Assembly: GCA_038243585.1 (NCBI GenBank)
Contig: JBBSQY010000012.1
Coordinates: 3,314-67,313, forward strand
DNA length: 64,000 nucleotides
Origin: Candidatus Sumerlaeales bacterium
GTDB lineage: Bacteria; Sumerlaeota; Sumerlaeia; Sumerlaeales; Sumerlaeaceae
Reading direction: 5' to 3'
The position numbers were made by a program, and so were the translations under genes. Shown piece by piece: positions 15,565 to 25,054 of the stretch. The notes below the pieces were generated by a model. It saw only the letters and a program-made list of their open reading frames with translations, ran no database searches and was not told where the DNA came from. How positions within the stretch are numbered: the first letter of the stretch is position 1; each line of letters starts with the position of its first letter.

Positions 15565-17664
15565 TTAACGCAGTTTCATGCCGGGGATGTATCTGCAAAA
15601 ACGATTTCTTCCGGAGCGTTTGGCGTTATATAAGGCGGTGTCTGCGAGTTGGGTTAGTTCTGTGGCGTTTACGGAATCTTCCGGGCAGGTGGCTATTCCC
15701 GCGCTTACGCCAATTGCTACTGGTTTACCATCAAGGTCATATGGCTGTGTTATGGTTTGCACGACTTTTTCACCCAGAATGATTGCGCCTTTATCGTTTG
15801 AGAGACTGGCCTGAATGATGGCGAACTCGTCGCCGCCTAGCCTGGCAACGGTGTCATCACGGCGAGCAAGCTTCAGCAAACGCCGGCCAACTTCCTGTAG
15901 CACCTGATCCCCCGCCGCGTGACCCAGGGTGTCGTTTATGGGTTTAAAAAGGTCGAGGTCGAGCATGTGAATTGCAAAGGGGCTGCCGTTGAAAAGGAAA
16001 AGGTCCATGGCCTCTTGCAAGCGCTGATCAAAGAGTTCACGATTGGCCAGGCCAGTGAGGGGATCATAGAGAGCCATTTTGAGAGCCATTTTTTCAACGT
16101 GCGCCCTGCTGAAGAAATCGAGCAGGTCCGCTTGCAATTTCGCACCGAATTCTTTTTGCGCTGCTGTCCAGGGTTCTGAATTGAAGCGGGTCTGTTGCAC
16201 CCATGTGGCAAAGGAGCTGCGCGGCGATTTGGGCTCGAGATCGCCATCCGGTTGATCAATCTGCTGGGGCTTGCCCGCCCATGAAATTGTTTTAATGATT
16301 TCCGGGCGAAGCAGCGCCACGAAGCCCTGATCGCCTAAGGGGATGAACAGAACGCCGCAGGCGCGAGAGGCGAGCTTCGGGCAAGATAGCAAGGAGCTGG
16401 GCAGTGTCTGACAGGAGCTGATTTCGCCGACAGGCAGAGTTTTAAACCAGTCGCCCAATTGTTCCAGCTCATTTTTATCGGGTATGTCTCCGGAAACGTA
16501 ATCATGTCCATCATAGCGCAGCCACGCTCCACTGGCCGAAAGCAGCTCTCGTATGAGAGGCAGGTGGAGTGACACCCCGCCTGCGATATCCTTTCGGGAG
16601 GTGGAAAGGGCGCCCTTTAAACGGGAGAGTTGCTGGCGAAGAGCCGCGCGCGTATCGCCTTCCAAAAGATCAAGCCGGGTCTCCAGGTGAATGGATAAGA
16701 TGCGGGACATTTCTTCAAACGCGAGGCGATCGCGGAGCGCCAGGGTGCGGGGCGATTTGTGGTGACAAGCGACCAGGCCGTATAATTTCCCCGCTACGAT
16801 AACGGACACGCTGAAAGATGCATGAACACCCATATTTTTCATGTATTGGATGTGAACCGGGTGAACCGCTCGCAGCATAGACCCGGTAAGATCCAGGGGA
16901 AGCGCATCGCTTTCCAACGCAAGCAGCGGTACATCCGGAGAATTAACATCGCTTATAATTCGCTGCCGGTTTATGGTGTAGAGGCGGTGAGCTGCGGGTG
17001 AGATATCGCTGGCGGGAAAATGTAGGCCGAGATAAGATTCGATGCCTGGCTGGCGCATCTCCTGGACCACCGCACCGTGCATATCCGGGAAAAACTCGTA
17101 AAGTAACACACGATCGAATCCGGAACGGTTAAACATCCACCGGACGAGCAGATTGCGGCATTGATCAAGAGTCCGGGCCTCTTCCAGTTCTGCGAGAAAA
17201 ACGATGCGTTTGCTGTAATTCCACCAGTGGCTTGTTGTTCCGGATGCCACTTCGAATTCAAAGATCAAATGATCATCCTGCTGGTGAGCGACTACGTTAA
17301 GCGGGACTGGAAAAATCCCCGTGGGCAATAAGAGCATGCCGGTTTTCAACGCTAGCTGAAGCATTTCCGGCCAGCGGGATGAAAAGAGACTTTCGGCATC
17401 TCGTCCCAGCAGATCTTCAGGTTGCATCCCTAAAACATCGGCTGAATTCGCCGAACAATAAACGATGCGGTTATGGGACGTATGGACCGCCAATAAAGCT
17501 CCGCAGGGCTGGATATGACCCATAAGGTGCAGAGGATCATTTTTGCAGTCGCTGAAGGAATTGCTAGAATAGCTTCCTGATGCCGCCCCGACCGGGGTAT
17601 TTGTTTTGGTCACTTCAATTTCGATTCCCGCTTCCGGAAAGTTCTGATTAAAGCTACAAAACAA
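15565..17664 (-). CDS. Bacteriophytochrome-like photosensor (PAS-GAF-PHY) fused to a GGDEF diguanylate cyclase
   Basis: The N-terminal chromophore Cys context is DCKNDPLHLMGHIQPCGALL. The GAF signature is HIQYMKNMGVHASFSVSVIV..LYGLVACHH. The C-terminal domain contains RLGGDEFAI. Confidence 0.85.
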   Translation of the reverse strand: MFCSFNQNFPEAGIEIEVTKTNTPVGAASGSYSSNSFSDCKNDPLHLMGHIQPCGALLAVHTSHNRIVYCSANSADVLGMQPEDLLGRDAESLFSSRWPEMLQLALKTGMLLLPTGIFPVPLNVVAHQQDDHLIFEFEVASGTTSHWWNYSKRIVFLAELEEARTLDQCRNLLVRWMFNRSGFDRVLLYEFFPDMHGAVVQEMRQPGIESYLGLHFPASDISPAAHRLYTINRQRIISDVNSPDVPLLALESDALPLDLTGSMLRAVHPVHIQYMKNMGVHASFSVSVIVAGKLYGLVACHHKSPRTLALRDRLAFEEMSRILSIHLETRLDLLEGDTRAALRQQLSRLKGALSTSRKDIAGGVSLHLPLIRELLSASGAWLRYDGHDYVSGDIPDKNELEQLGDWFKTLPVGEISSCQTLPSSLLSCPKLASRACGVLFIPLGDQGFVALLRPEIIKTISWAGKPQQIDQPDGDLEPKSPRSSFATWVQQTRFNSEPWTAAQKEFGAKLQADLLDFFSRAHVEKMALKMALYDPLTGLANRELFDQRLQEAMDLFLFNGSPFAIHMLDLDLFKPINDTLGHAAGDQVLQEVGRRLLKLARRDDTVARLGGDEFAIIQASLSNDKGAIILGEKVVQTITQPYDLDGKPVAIGVSAGIATCPEDSVNATELTQLADTALYNAKRSGRNRFCRYIPGMKLR

Positions 17665-17780
17665 ACGGGGGATTTGCTCACTCAGGGGCGGTTATGGGCG
17701 CTCCGGCACGCCTGGAAACCGGGCCGGTGCCGTGCCGAATTTCTTTTTCTTGCTGTTAAGGATCTTACTGCTCGCCCATT

Positions 17781-18422
17781 ATGGTTAAAGATGATTGTCC
17801 TCATCAGGCGCTGGTATTGGAAATCATGCGCAGCCAATCCAAGAATAGGTCGTGGCTGGTGGAATGGGCACTAGAGAGCTTAAAGGCAGTTATGCTTTTT
17901 GCCCTACTGTTTAATATTATCGCTATCACAAGCCTGCCTATTTCTGAGGGCTTTAAATTCGGATTGGTTATTGGGCTTTTTGCCGTGTATTTCCTTGTTG
18001 ATTGGGTCGGCAAACGCGTTGCACCCGCGACTCCAGACGACGATGGGTGGACCTCGCTTCACGTAATAGATGATTTTGCCCAATCGCGATGGCAATGGTT
18101 AGTCGAACTCGTGATTGGGCTTGGAAAGTTCGCTATAGTTGTCGCTGCAATGCTTTCGGCGATGCTGTTTCTAATGACCGGCGGAAACCGAATGTTGTTT
18201 GTTTATCTCGGGATGGTATTGGTGATTCTCTATGTTGCCATGGATGGAATATTATACATCACTGAGCCTGCTTGTCGCCAATGTGGCAGGCGGCTGCAGC
18301 GTCGCATTCCGCTGGGCGGAGATGAAATCTGGTATGTATGCTTCGACTGCGAAATACGGGGAGATTCCGGCCTTAGACAGGCTGAGTTTGAAGGTGGCGC
18401 GGAGGGCGGCGATGGCGACTAA
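17781..18422 (+). CDS. Hypothetical multi-pass membrane protein with a C-terminal zinc-ribbon (CxxC...CxxC)
   Basis: 213 aa ORF with about 4 hydrophobic helices, followed by CRQCGRRL...YVCFDCE. Confidence 0.45.
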   Translation: MVKDDCPHQALVLEIMRSQSKNRSWLVEWALESLKAVMLFALLFNIIAITSLPISEGFKFGLVIGLFAVYFLVDWVGKRVAPATPDDDGWTSLHVIDDFAQSRWQWLVELVIGLGKFAIVVAAMLSAMLFLMTGGNRMLFVYLGMVLVILYVAMDGILYITEPACRQCGRRLQRRIPLGGDEIWYVCFDCEIRGDSGLRQAEFEGGAEGGDGD

Positions 18423-18526
18423 CGATAGCTGGTTACAGGTGCTGTTTGGGGGCAATATTACCGTTCTGGCCAGAACCTCTATTTTCTATTGATACCGAGC
18501 CGCGGGCTGCCATACATCTATTTCTT

Positions 18527-19555
18527 ATGAACATCCAGACCCTTACACTTCACCTGCTGGAAGACCAGCCTATCGATGATATGACCGCCGAGATGCGCGG
18601 GGCGGCGGAGGAGATGCTGACTGGCGTTGCTTCTCCGGTGCAAATGGCGGCTTTTCTTACGGCGCTGCGGGCGCGGGGGGAGACTCCGCGGGTGCTGGCG
18701 GCGTTTGCGGGAGTGATGCGGGAACGGGTTGCGCCGTTTGCGACGCCGGAGGGCACGGTGGTGGATACGTGTGGGACAGGGGGCGATCATAGCGGAACTT
18801 TTAATATTTCCACTACAGCGGCGTTTGTGGCGGCGGGGGCCGGGGTGAAGGTGGCGAAGCACGGCAATCGCAGCATGACCAGCAAGTGTGGCAGCAGCGA
18901 CGTGCTTGCGGAGCTTGGCATCGATGTGGAGTGTGACGGCGCGATTATGGAGCGGGCGCTGCGGGAGGTGGGCATTTGTTTTCTGCACGCGCAGTGCTAT
19001 CACGGCAGCATGCGCCATGTGGCGCCGGTGCGGCGCGAGCTGGGGTTTCGGACGATGTTTAATATGCTGGGGCCGCTGGCGAATCCGGCGCGGGCGAGCC
19101 ATCAGCTTGTGGGGGTGTTTGGCCGGGAGCAGGCGCACCTGGTGGCGCAGGTGCTTAACTTGCTCGGGACAAGAGGCGCAATGGTGGTGCATGGCAGCGA
19201 TGGCCTGGACGAGATTACGATTACTGGCGACACCTACGCCTACCGCGTGATCGACGGGCGGGTTGAGGAGCACCTAATCATCCCACATCTGCTTGGGTTT
19301 GGCCTGGCGAGCCGGGAGGATCTGCTTGGCGGCGATGCGGCGGATAATGCCCGGATGCTGACGGAGATCCTCTCCGGCGCGACGGGGCCGAAAACGGATA
19401 TTGTGCTGTTGAACGCGGGAGCGGCCATCCATGTGGCGGAACTGGCGCCGACGCTGGCGGAGGGTGTTGCGCTTGCGCGGGAATCAATCAGCAGCGGCGG
19501 GGCGCTGAGGTGTCTGCGGGGGTTGCAGGCGCTGTCTGGTAATACTGCAGGCTAA
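18527..19555 (+). CDS. trpD: Anthranilate phosphoribosyltransferase
   Basis: DTCGTGGDHSGTFNISTTAAFVAAGAGVKVAKHGNRSMTSKCGSSDVL is the classic TrpD core. The start is taken at ATG 18527 (MNIQTL...); the ORF track extends upstream to 18446. Confidence 0.9.
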   Translation: MNIQTLTLHLLEDQPIDDMTAEMRGAAEEMLTGVASPVQMAAFLTALRARGETPRVLAAFAGVMRERVAPFATPEGTVVDTCGTGGDHSGTFNISTTAAFVAAGAGVKVAKHGNRSMTSKCGSSDVLAELGIDVECDGAIMERALREVGICFLHAQCYHGSMRHVAPVRRELGFRTMFNMLGPLANPARASHQLVGVFGREQAHLVAQVLNLLGTRGAMVVHGSDGLDEITITGDTYAYRVIDGRVEEHLIIPHLLGFGLASREDLLGGDAADNARMLTEILSGATGPKTDIVLLNAGAAIHVAELAPTLAEGVALARESISSGGALRCLRGLQALSGNTAG

Positions 19556-19609
19556 ACAAGTTACGGTGTTATCGTCTCACTTTGCGGTTTGCTGTTTCAG
19601 AATTTCGCG

Positions 19610-22600
19610 TTATGGAATGTCGAAATCCTTGTACACCTGATCCTGGTCGGGGACGGTGAATTGCTCCATGCGTAGCCCTGTATTGGCCAGCTTGTTGATC
19701 GTTCCTCCGAAGGTTATCTCATAGGGACCAGGCTCCAGATTGGGGAGAACATAGCTGCCGTTTTTCGGCTGGAAGCTATGGACGCTTTGGCCAGCTATAG
19801 TGTTTCGGGCAATGATTACCAGCGCCTCCGGTTCGCCACTTGTAAAGATTGTGCCTCTCATGGTTACGCTGCCCAGGCGGAAGTATAGTTCACGAGTTTC
19901 CCCGGATGCCAGCAGGATGGTTTGTACGGTGGATTGGGCGGTCACCGTATAGTGGCCCGGCTGGACATTTGAAAACTTAAAACTTCCGTCGGGTCCGGAT
20001 TGGCTGGTTAATTCCAGTGTCTGCCCTCTGACATTTGTCCTGGCGGTCACAGGAACGCCGGCCCGGCCCTCCCCTGTCGGGCTGGATACGACGAAGCCGG
20101 TGATGGCTGCGGATTCGCTGATCAAGATATCTCCGAGGTCGGAAAAAGCGCCTTCTTCCACCTCTATTTCTTTATCAACCGCGACCATGGGCGGCTTCGG
20201 CATGGCGGTAATTCGCAGTTTTCCGGAAGGTATGTTCGCAATCAGAAATGTCCCGTCCGCGTCGGTGACGGAGTTGCCGGCCGGGGTTGTGCTGAATTGA
20301 ACGGTTTCAAAGGCGGCTATGGGCACGTCGGGCGCCGGCTTTTTGGAATCCGCAAAAAGGACGCGGCCGCTTACGCCGGAAGGCAATCCCAGTTCGAAGA
20401 TCTTTGTCGTTTCCGATCCCGTTTTTGGGGCGACCACCTCAAAAGATTTCGTCGCGTAACCTTCTGCGGAGATTTTCAGATATGTGGATTGACCGGGTTC
20501 TAAATAGAAGCGGAAGCCGCCCGGCCCTTCGCCGTCCGTGAGTATTTCTCCTGCGCCGGGAGCTTTAAAATCCGTTATAGGCTGTCGGGTGGTCCCGTCG
20601 ATCACACGCCCCCTGATGGTCACCTGGGTGTCCATCTTAATCATCAGCTTTTTGTTGCCGGCTTTTACTGTTACCTGCTTCATCAACTGGGGATTATGGG
20701 AGATGACTATGAGTGTTACGTCCCCCGGAGACAGGCCTCCTATCTTGAAATGGCCGCTCTCGTCTGTCTTCTGGACAGGCAGCCCGGTGTGTAGAATATT
20801 GATATGGGCGGTAACGGGTTTGCCGCCTGCGCCGACCACGTGTCCCTCTACCGTCATATCTTCGCCGAGGCTTATATCCACGCCAGATTTCGTTTCTCCC
20901 GGAGCCAGATCGACTGTGGCACCGCCGGGGGCATAACCTTTGGCAAAGGCCGTAAAAGTCATCTGCCCCGGAGCCATGCTTTCGAGGCGGTAGTTGCCAT
21001 CGCTGTCGGAAGTCCCAAGAGTTCTTCGATCCACAACTGTGCTGAATCCGACTGAGTAATGGTCTGACGTATCAATTTTGGCCCCGCTGACGGGATCACC
21101 GGATGGATTTAGGACTCGGCCTTCCACTGTTGCGCCTTCGTCCAGTATAATTATTATATCGGTCTGATCGTCGCTGGAAACGGGGTATTCGATAGACCGC
21201 TTGAAAGCATAGCCCGGCGCGGTAACTTCTATCATTCCATTCTGGAAAGGCAGGAGCTCGAAGGTAAAGCGGCCGTCGGCATCGGAGGTTGTGCGGTTGT
21301 AATTGGTAGCGGAAAATTTTATTGAGCCGTTCCACGTGAGGGAGGCACCGGCTACGGGAGCGCCTTCTTTGTTTTGTATGTAGCCGCTTACTCGCACGAC
21401 GGCGGTCATTGGCATATCATGCACTAGAGAATCGGAATCCGTAGGAAGATCGACGCCGGAATATGCAGGAACGCCGTTGTGGTAGGACGTGCGGGGGTTG
21501 GCGGCAATGGTGTAACCCGGTAGTTCTACGGTAATATCCGGGCTGGCATCAGGGGGAATTTTCGAAAAGGAATATCTGCCGGCGGCGTCGGTGACGGCGA
21601 GGTCACTAGCCTGGTCACCGCTGTAGAACTGCACATTTGCGGAGGGCAGCGGTTCGCTGGTGTCTTTGTCTAAGACGGTTCCCGTCAGGTTATACCCGGA
21701 AAAGACGCGGACGGTTATGGCGGTGGTTTCTTTGTCGGTGAGTATGGGAGACAAGGCATCGGACGGTTCGCCGGGTGCGGACCAGAGGGGGATGCCGCTG
21801 TTGGCGGCTTTGACTTCGATGCTTACGGGGCCGGAGGGAAGCTGCTCCAGATTAAAGGAGCCGTCTGCCTCTGTTGTGGCGTGGGCGGCGGCTTTCCCGG
21901 CGGGAAGAACGCTGACTTTGACGCCGGCGGCGGGAGAATCGCCGGGAAACATCAACACGTGGCCGGCGATAGCGGCAGTGCCGCTGGTGATGCGAAGGTG
22001 GACGGGGCCGGTGGTGGGGACGAGAATATTGGTGGCCGTGGAGGGGCAGCCTTTCTGGGAAGGGTAGTCTCTCGCTTCCGCGCCGATGGTGGCGATGCCT
22101 GCTGGGACGTTCTCTATTATGAAGTCGCCGGACACAGAAACAGTGGTCCGCTGGTTGTCGTAATTCCAGCCGTCGCTAAGGGGGTCTTCCGAACGCAGGT
22201 GGACATTCGCGGTGCTGACGGGATTGTCGTTGAAGTCGGTTACCCGGCCGCGGATAGTATGAAGCGCGGGGATGACAAAATCCTGAGTCAGGCGGCGGAT
22301 GCGGGGTTCGGTGGTGGCATCGCTGGCGGAAGCGAGGTCTGCAATGGCGCGGACGGGTCTGCGCAGTTCGACTCGCATGGACCCGCCGTCGCGGCCGCTG
22401 AGAGTATAACGGCCGTTCGCATCTATGGGTGAAACGTCGAGGCGATAACTTTGACTGCTGACAGGCTGGAGAGGATCGCCGTTTCGCCATAGCTCAATGG
22501 TGGCGGTAGTGTCGGGAGCGCCATTTTCGAATCTAACAGTCCCGGTTACTATTAAGGTGGGTTCTGTGATTTTGCGATTATCCGGACGGGTGCGGTGGGC

Positions 22601-22870
22601 AGAGGACGCTGAATCATTTTGCGATGATCCACGATTTTTCTGTGCGCCACGAGCGCTGGTATTTTCCCTGGACTCTAACGTGGTGATTTTCGCGGCGGCG
22701 GGAGTTTCGGAGGCGATTGACACGTTGCGCGCTGGCGAATTGGTGGTAGCACCGTCATCGCAGCCGGGACATAGCAGGGCGACCATTACGGCTATGGTAA
22801 CGCAGGCGATGCGACCGCTGCGAAACATTTGAGTTACTGCGTAGAGCGAGGGGCTGGGGTGAAATGTCAT
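19610..22870 (-). CDS. Large secreted/lipoprotein made of about 10 or more carboxypeptidase-regulatory-like (CarboxypepD_reg) beta-sandwich repeats
   Basis: 1086 aa of recurring ~85 aa units of the form G.V.D..G.P...A.V.........TD..G.F.....P.G.Y.... The N-terminus contains a lipobox-like ALLCPGC. An alternative start exists at 22828. Confidence 0.7.
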   Translation of the reverse strand: MTFHPSPSLYAVTQMFRSGRIACVTIAVMVALLCPGCDDGATTNSPARNVSIASETPAAAKITTLESRENTSARGAQKNRGSSQNDSASSAHRTRPDNRKITEPTLIVTGTVRFENGAPDTTATIELWRNGDPLQPVSSQSYRLDVSPIDANGRYTLSGRDGGSMRVELRRPVRAIADLASASDATTEPRIRRLTQDFVIPALHTIRGRVTDFNDNPVSTANVHLRSEDPLSDGWNYDNQRTTVSVSGDFIIENVPAGIATIGAEARDYPSQKGCPSTATNILVPTTGPVHLRITSGTAAIAGHVLMFPGDSPAAGVKVSVLPAGKAAAHATTEADGSFNLEQLPSGPVSIEVKAANSGIPLWSAPGEPSDALSPILTDKETTAITVRVFSGYNLTGTVLDKDTSEPLPSANVQFYSGDQASDLAVTDAAGRYSFSKIPPDASPDITVELPGYTIAANPRTSYHNGVPAYSGVDLPTDSDSLVHDMPMTAVVRVSGYIQNKEGAPVAGASLTWNGSIKFSATNYNRTTSDADGRFTFELLPFQNGMIEVTAPGYAFKRSIEYPVSSDDQTDIIIILDEGATVEGRVLNPSGDPVSGAKIDTSDHYSVGFSTVVDRRTLGTSDSDGNYRLESMAPGQMTFTAFAKGYAPGGATVDLAPGETKSGVDISLGEDMTVEGHVVGAGGKPVTAHINILHTGLPVQKTDESGHFKIGGLSPGDVTLIVISHNPQLMKQVTVKAGNKKLMIKMDTQVTIRGRVIDGTTRQPITDFKAPGAGEILTDGEGPGGFRFYLEPGQSTYLKISAEGYATKSFEVVAPKTGSETTKIFELGLPSGVSGRVLFADSKKPAPDVPIAAFETVQFSTTPAGNSVTDADGTFLIANIPSGKLRITAMPKPPMVAVDKEIEVEEGAFSDLGDILISESAAITGFVVSSPTGEGRAGVPVTARTNVRGQTLELTSQSGPDGSFKFSNVQPGHYTVTAQSTVQTILLASGETRELYFRLGSVTMRGTIFTSGEPEALVIIARNTIAGQSVHSFQPKNGSYVLPNLEPGPYEITFGGTINKLANTGLRMEQFTVPDQDQVYKDFDIP

Positions 22871-23140
22871 TGGTTCGATGACTCCCTACTGTCGAAATGG
22901 ATGGGACAAACGCCTTTCTGAACTTACAAGGAGAATTGGACGGCAGGTCGGATGGGGGCGCAGCGGCGGACTTTCTATATCAACTCGTCTACGCGGTCTT
23001 GGGAATCAGTCGCGGATATAATTTGTACCCTGTAATCTTAAAATTGCTACGACCCTGGAGCCAGACCGATTTCCGCATCTTCTACTCATTCGCAAAATTG
23101 TACGCCTCGGTTATGCGTCGCTGTTGTTGGCGCGGAAGGG

Positions 23141-23974
23141 ATGTTGGGCTCGGACGTTGTTCAGGAATTGCGACGGCGCGAGATTGCCCATCTCTCTCTT
23201 GGTCGTGCGCAGTGCGACGTGACTTCCGCTGAAGCCTGTCGACAGGCTTTTGCCGACGGTCAACCGACGGTCGTCATCAATTGCGCCGCCTATACAGATG
23301 TGAACCGGGCGGAGTCTGAAATTGATCTCGCGATGGCGGTCAACCGCGACGGAGCGGCTAATGTCGCGCAGGCGTGTTCCGATATGGGCGCTTCCTGCAT
23401 CTATGTCAGCACGGATTATGTTTTTGACGGGGGCAAACCGGAACCATACGAGCCGACGGATTTAACCAATCCCATCAATGCCTATGGCCGGACGAAACTT
23501 GCCGGCGAGCAGGCGGTTGTCGCCGCGCTGCCAGATGGGAAATGGACTATTGCCCGGACCTCATGGCTGTATGGGGCCCATGGTCCAAATTTCGTAAAGA
23601 CGATGCTGCGGCTGGCTCGCGATGGTAAATATCTCAAGATTATCAGCGATCAACGCGGCGCGCCGACCTATACGGTTGATCTTGCCCGCGCTTTGGTTGA
23701 TATGGCCATTGGCGCGGCAGGCGGGGTTGTCCATGTTACCAACTCGGGCGCTTGCAGCTGGTATGAGTTTGCCCAGGAAATCTTTGCCCTGTCCGGCGTT
23801 AACCCGCTGTCACTAATCCCCTGCGCAACGGCGGATTTCCCGACGGCAGCCTGTCGCCCTTCCAATAGTCAGCTCTCGTCAACGAGCCTGGTGGATCGCC
23901 AAGTCGCCCCGTTGCCGCCCTGGCAGGACGGTTTGCGCCGGTATCTTGCCGAGACTGGTGATCTATCTCAATGA
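23141..23974 (+). CDS. rfbD: dTDP-4-dehydrorhamnose reductase (the true N-terminus probably lies upstream of the first canonical start)
   Basis: The RmlD motifs NCAAYTDVNRAE, STDYVFDG and YGRTKLAGE are present. In-frame upstream codons 23111..23140 encode LCVAVVGAEG, which completes the GxxGxxG loop. There is no ATG/GTG/TTG between the stop at 23039 and 23141. Confidence 0.8.
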   Translation: MLGSDVVQELRRREIAHLSLGRAQCDVTSAEACRQAFADGQPTVVINCAAYTDVNRAESEIDLAMAVNRDGAANVAQACSDMGASCIYVSTDYVFDGGKPEPYEPTDLTNPINAYGRTKLAGEQAVVAALPDGKWTIARTSWLYGAHGPNFVKTMLRLARDGKYLKIISDQRGAPTYTVDLARALVDMAIGAAGGVVHVTNSGACSWYEFAQEIFALSGVNPLSLIPCATADFPTAACRPSNSQLSSTSLVDRQVAPLPPWQDGLRRYLAETGDLSQ

Positions 23975-24903
23975 GCAAAAAGGACGCATCTTTTGGGCAC
24001 CTGCGCCCAACCACCGCGCCGGAAATGCTGGATCGGGCCTATGCGGTCTCTGTCCGCATTGCGCCAATTTTATGGGGATGCGCCTTTGTTTCCGCCACCG
24101 GCAGTTACGCGCTTTCTGCTGGAATGGATTGGATTGAAAGTGCAGAAACCTCAAATCCGTATATGGTCGCGGGCATCCTGCCGCTTATCCTTTTTGCGGA
24201 ATACGCAATTGCCGTTGCCCTGCTGGCGCTGTTCCAGGGGCTTATCTTTCCCCGTCGCCCACTGGGGGTTAAACCCCTGACTCGCACGGCACTGCGCAAA
24301 CTGCCCGGCTTTTTTCTCACCAACCTGCTGTACCTGTTTACGGTCATGGTTATCGCCGTTGTAGCCTATGCTGTTTTCACCCTCGAAACAATCCCTGGCG
24401 GCCTATACGGCCGAGCGCTGGCCGGAACGGCTGTCGCCATCGTCGGCCTTTGGATGACTGTTCGCCTGAGCCTCGCTCCCATCATCTGCCTTATTGAAGA
24501 CGCATCGCCATTTTCGGCCTTTGTGCGTTCACGGCTCCTGACGTCGACTCGCGCTGCCACTTCGCACCGCCGGTCGGATAATCCGGTATTCCGTTGGTTG
24601 GCTGCGGCTGCGCTGCCCGGCGTGTTGATGCTGGCCATCGCGGCGGCGTTTGGTGCCTATGCGTACCTGCGGCTGGAAATCCGAGCGCCCCTTGACTGGG
24701 AAAGTCCCCCCGTCTCAAATCTGCTGAACCTGTTCGAGTTTGCCGCCGGGATAATTGCCGCCCCGCTGTATTGGGCCGGCCTGATGGGGCTGTATGTGGA
24801 ATATCGGATGCGTCACGAGGCCCTCGATTTTTATCTGCGCCTGCGAGATCAGCGGCGAAACAACGGCGACGCCGCTGAAACCTTTGGTGTAGATGCGGAT
24901 TGA
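23971..24903 (+). CDS. Hypothetical polytopic membrane protein
   Basis: 310 aa ORF with about 6 hydrophobic helices. It is ATGA-coupled to rfbD. Confidence 0.5.
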   Translation: MSKKDASFGHLRPTTAPEMLDRAYAVSVRIAPILWGCAFVSATGSYALSAGMDWIESAETSNPYMVAGILPLILFAEYAIAVALLALFQGLIFPRRPLGVKPLTRTALRKLPGFFLTNLLYLFTVMVIAVVAYAVFTLETIPGGLYGRALAGTAVAIVGLWMTVRLSLAPIICLIEDASPFSAFVRSRLLTSTRAATSHRRSDNPVFRWLAAAALPGVLMLAIAAAFGAYAYLRLEIRAPLDWESPPVSNLLNLFEFAAGIIAAPLYWAGLMGLYVEYRMRHEALDFYLRLRDQRRNNGDAAETFGVDAD

Positions 24904-25054
24904 TAATAGCGTGAAACGTTCTAATCCGCTTGCCTTAGCTTTATCCACCCCCACAGGAATAGCATCTGCATGACACCATCGCACTTTTCCGGGCACAACG
25001 CGCCGGGAAATTTGTCAATGACTCTGGCAACTTCGCACCAACTATAATTAAGGT

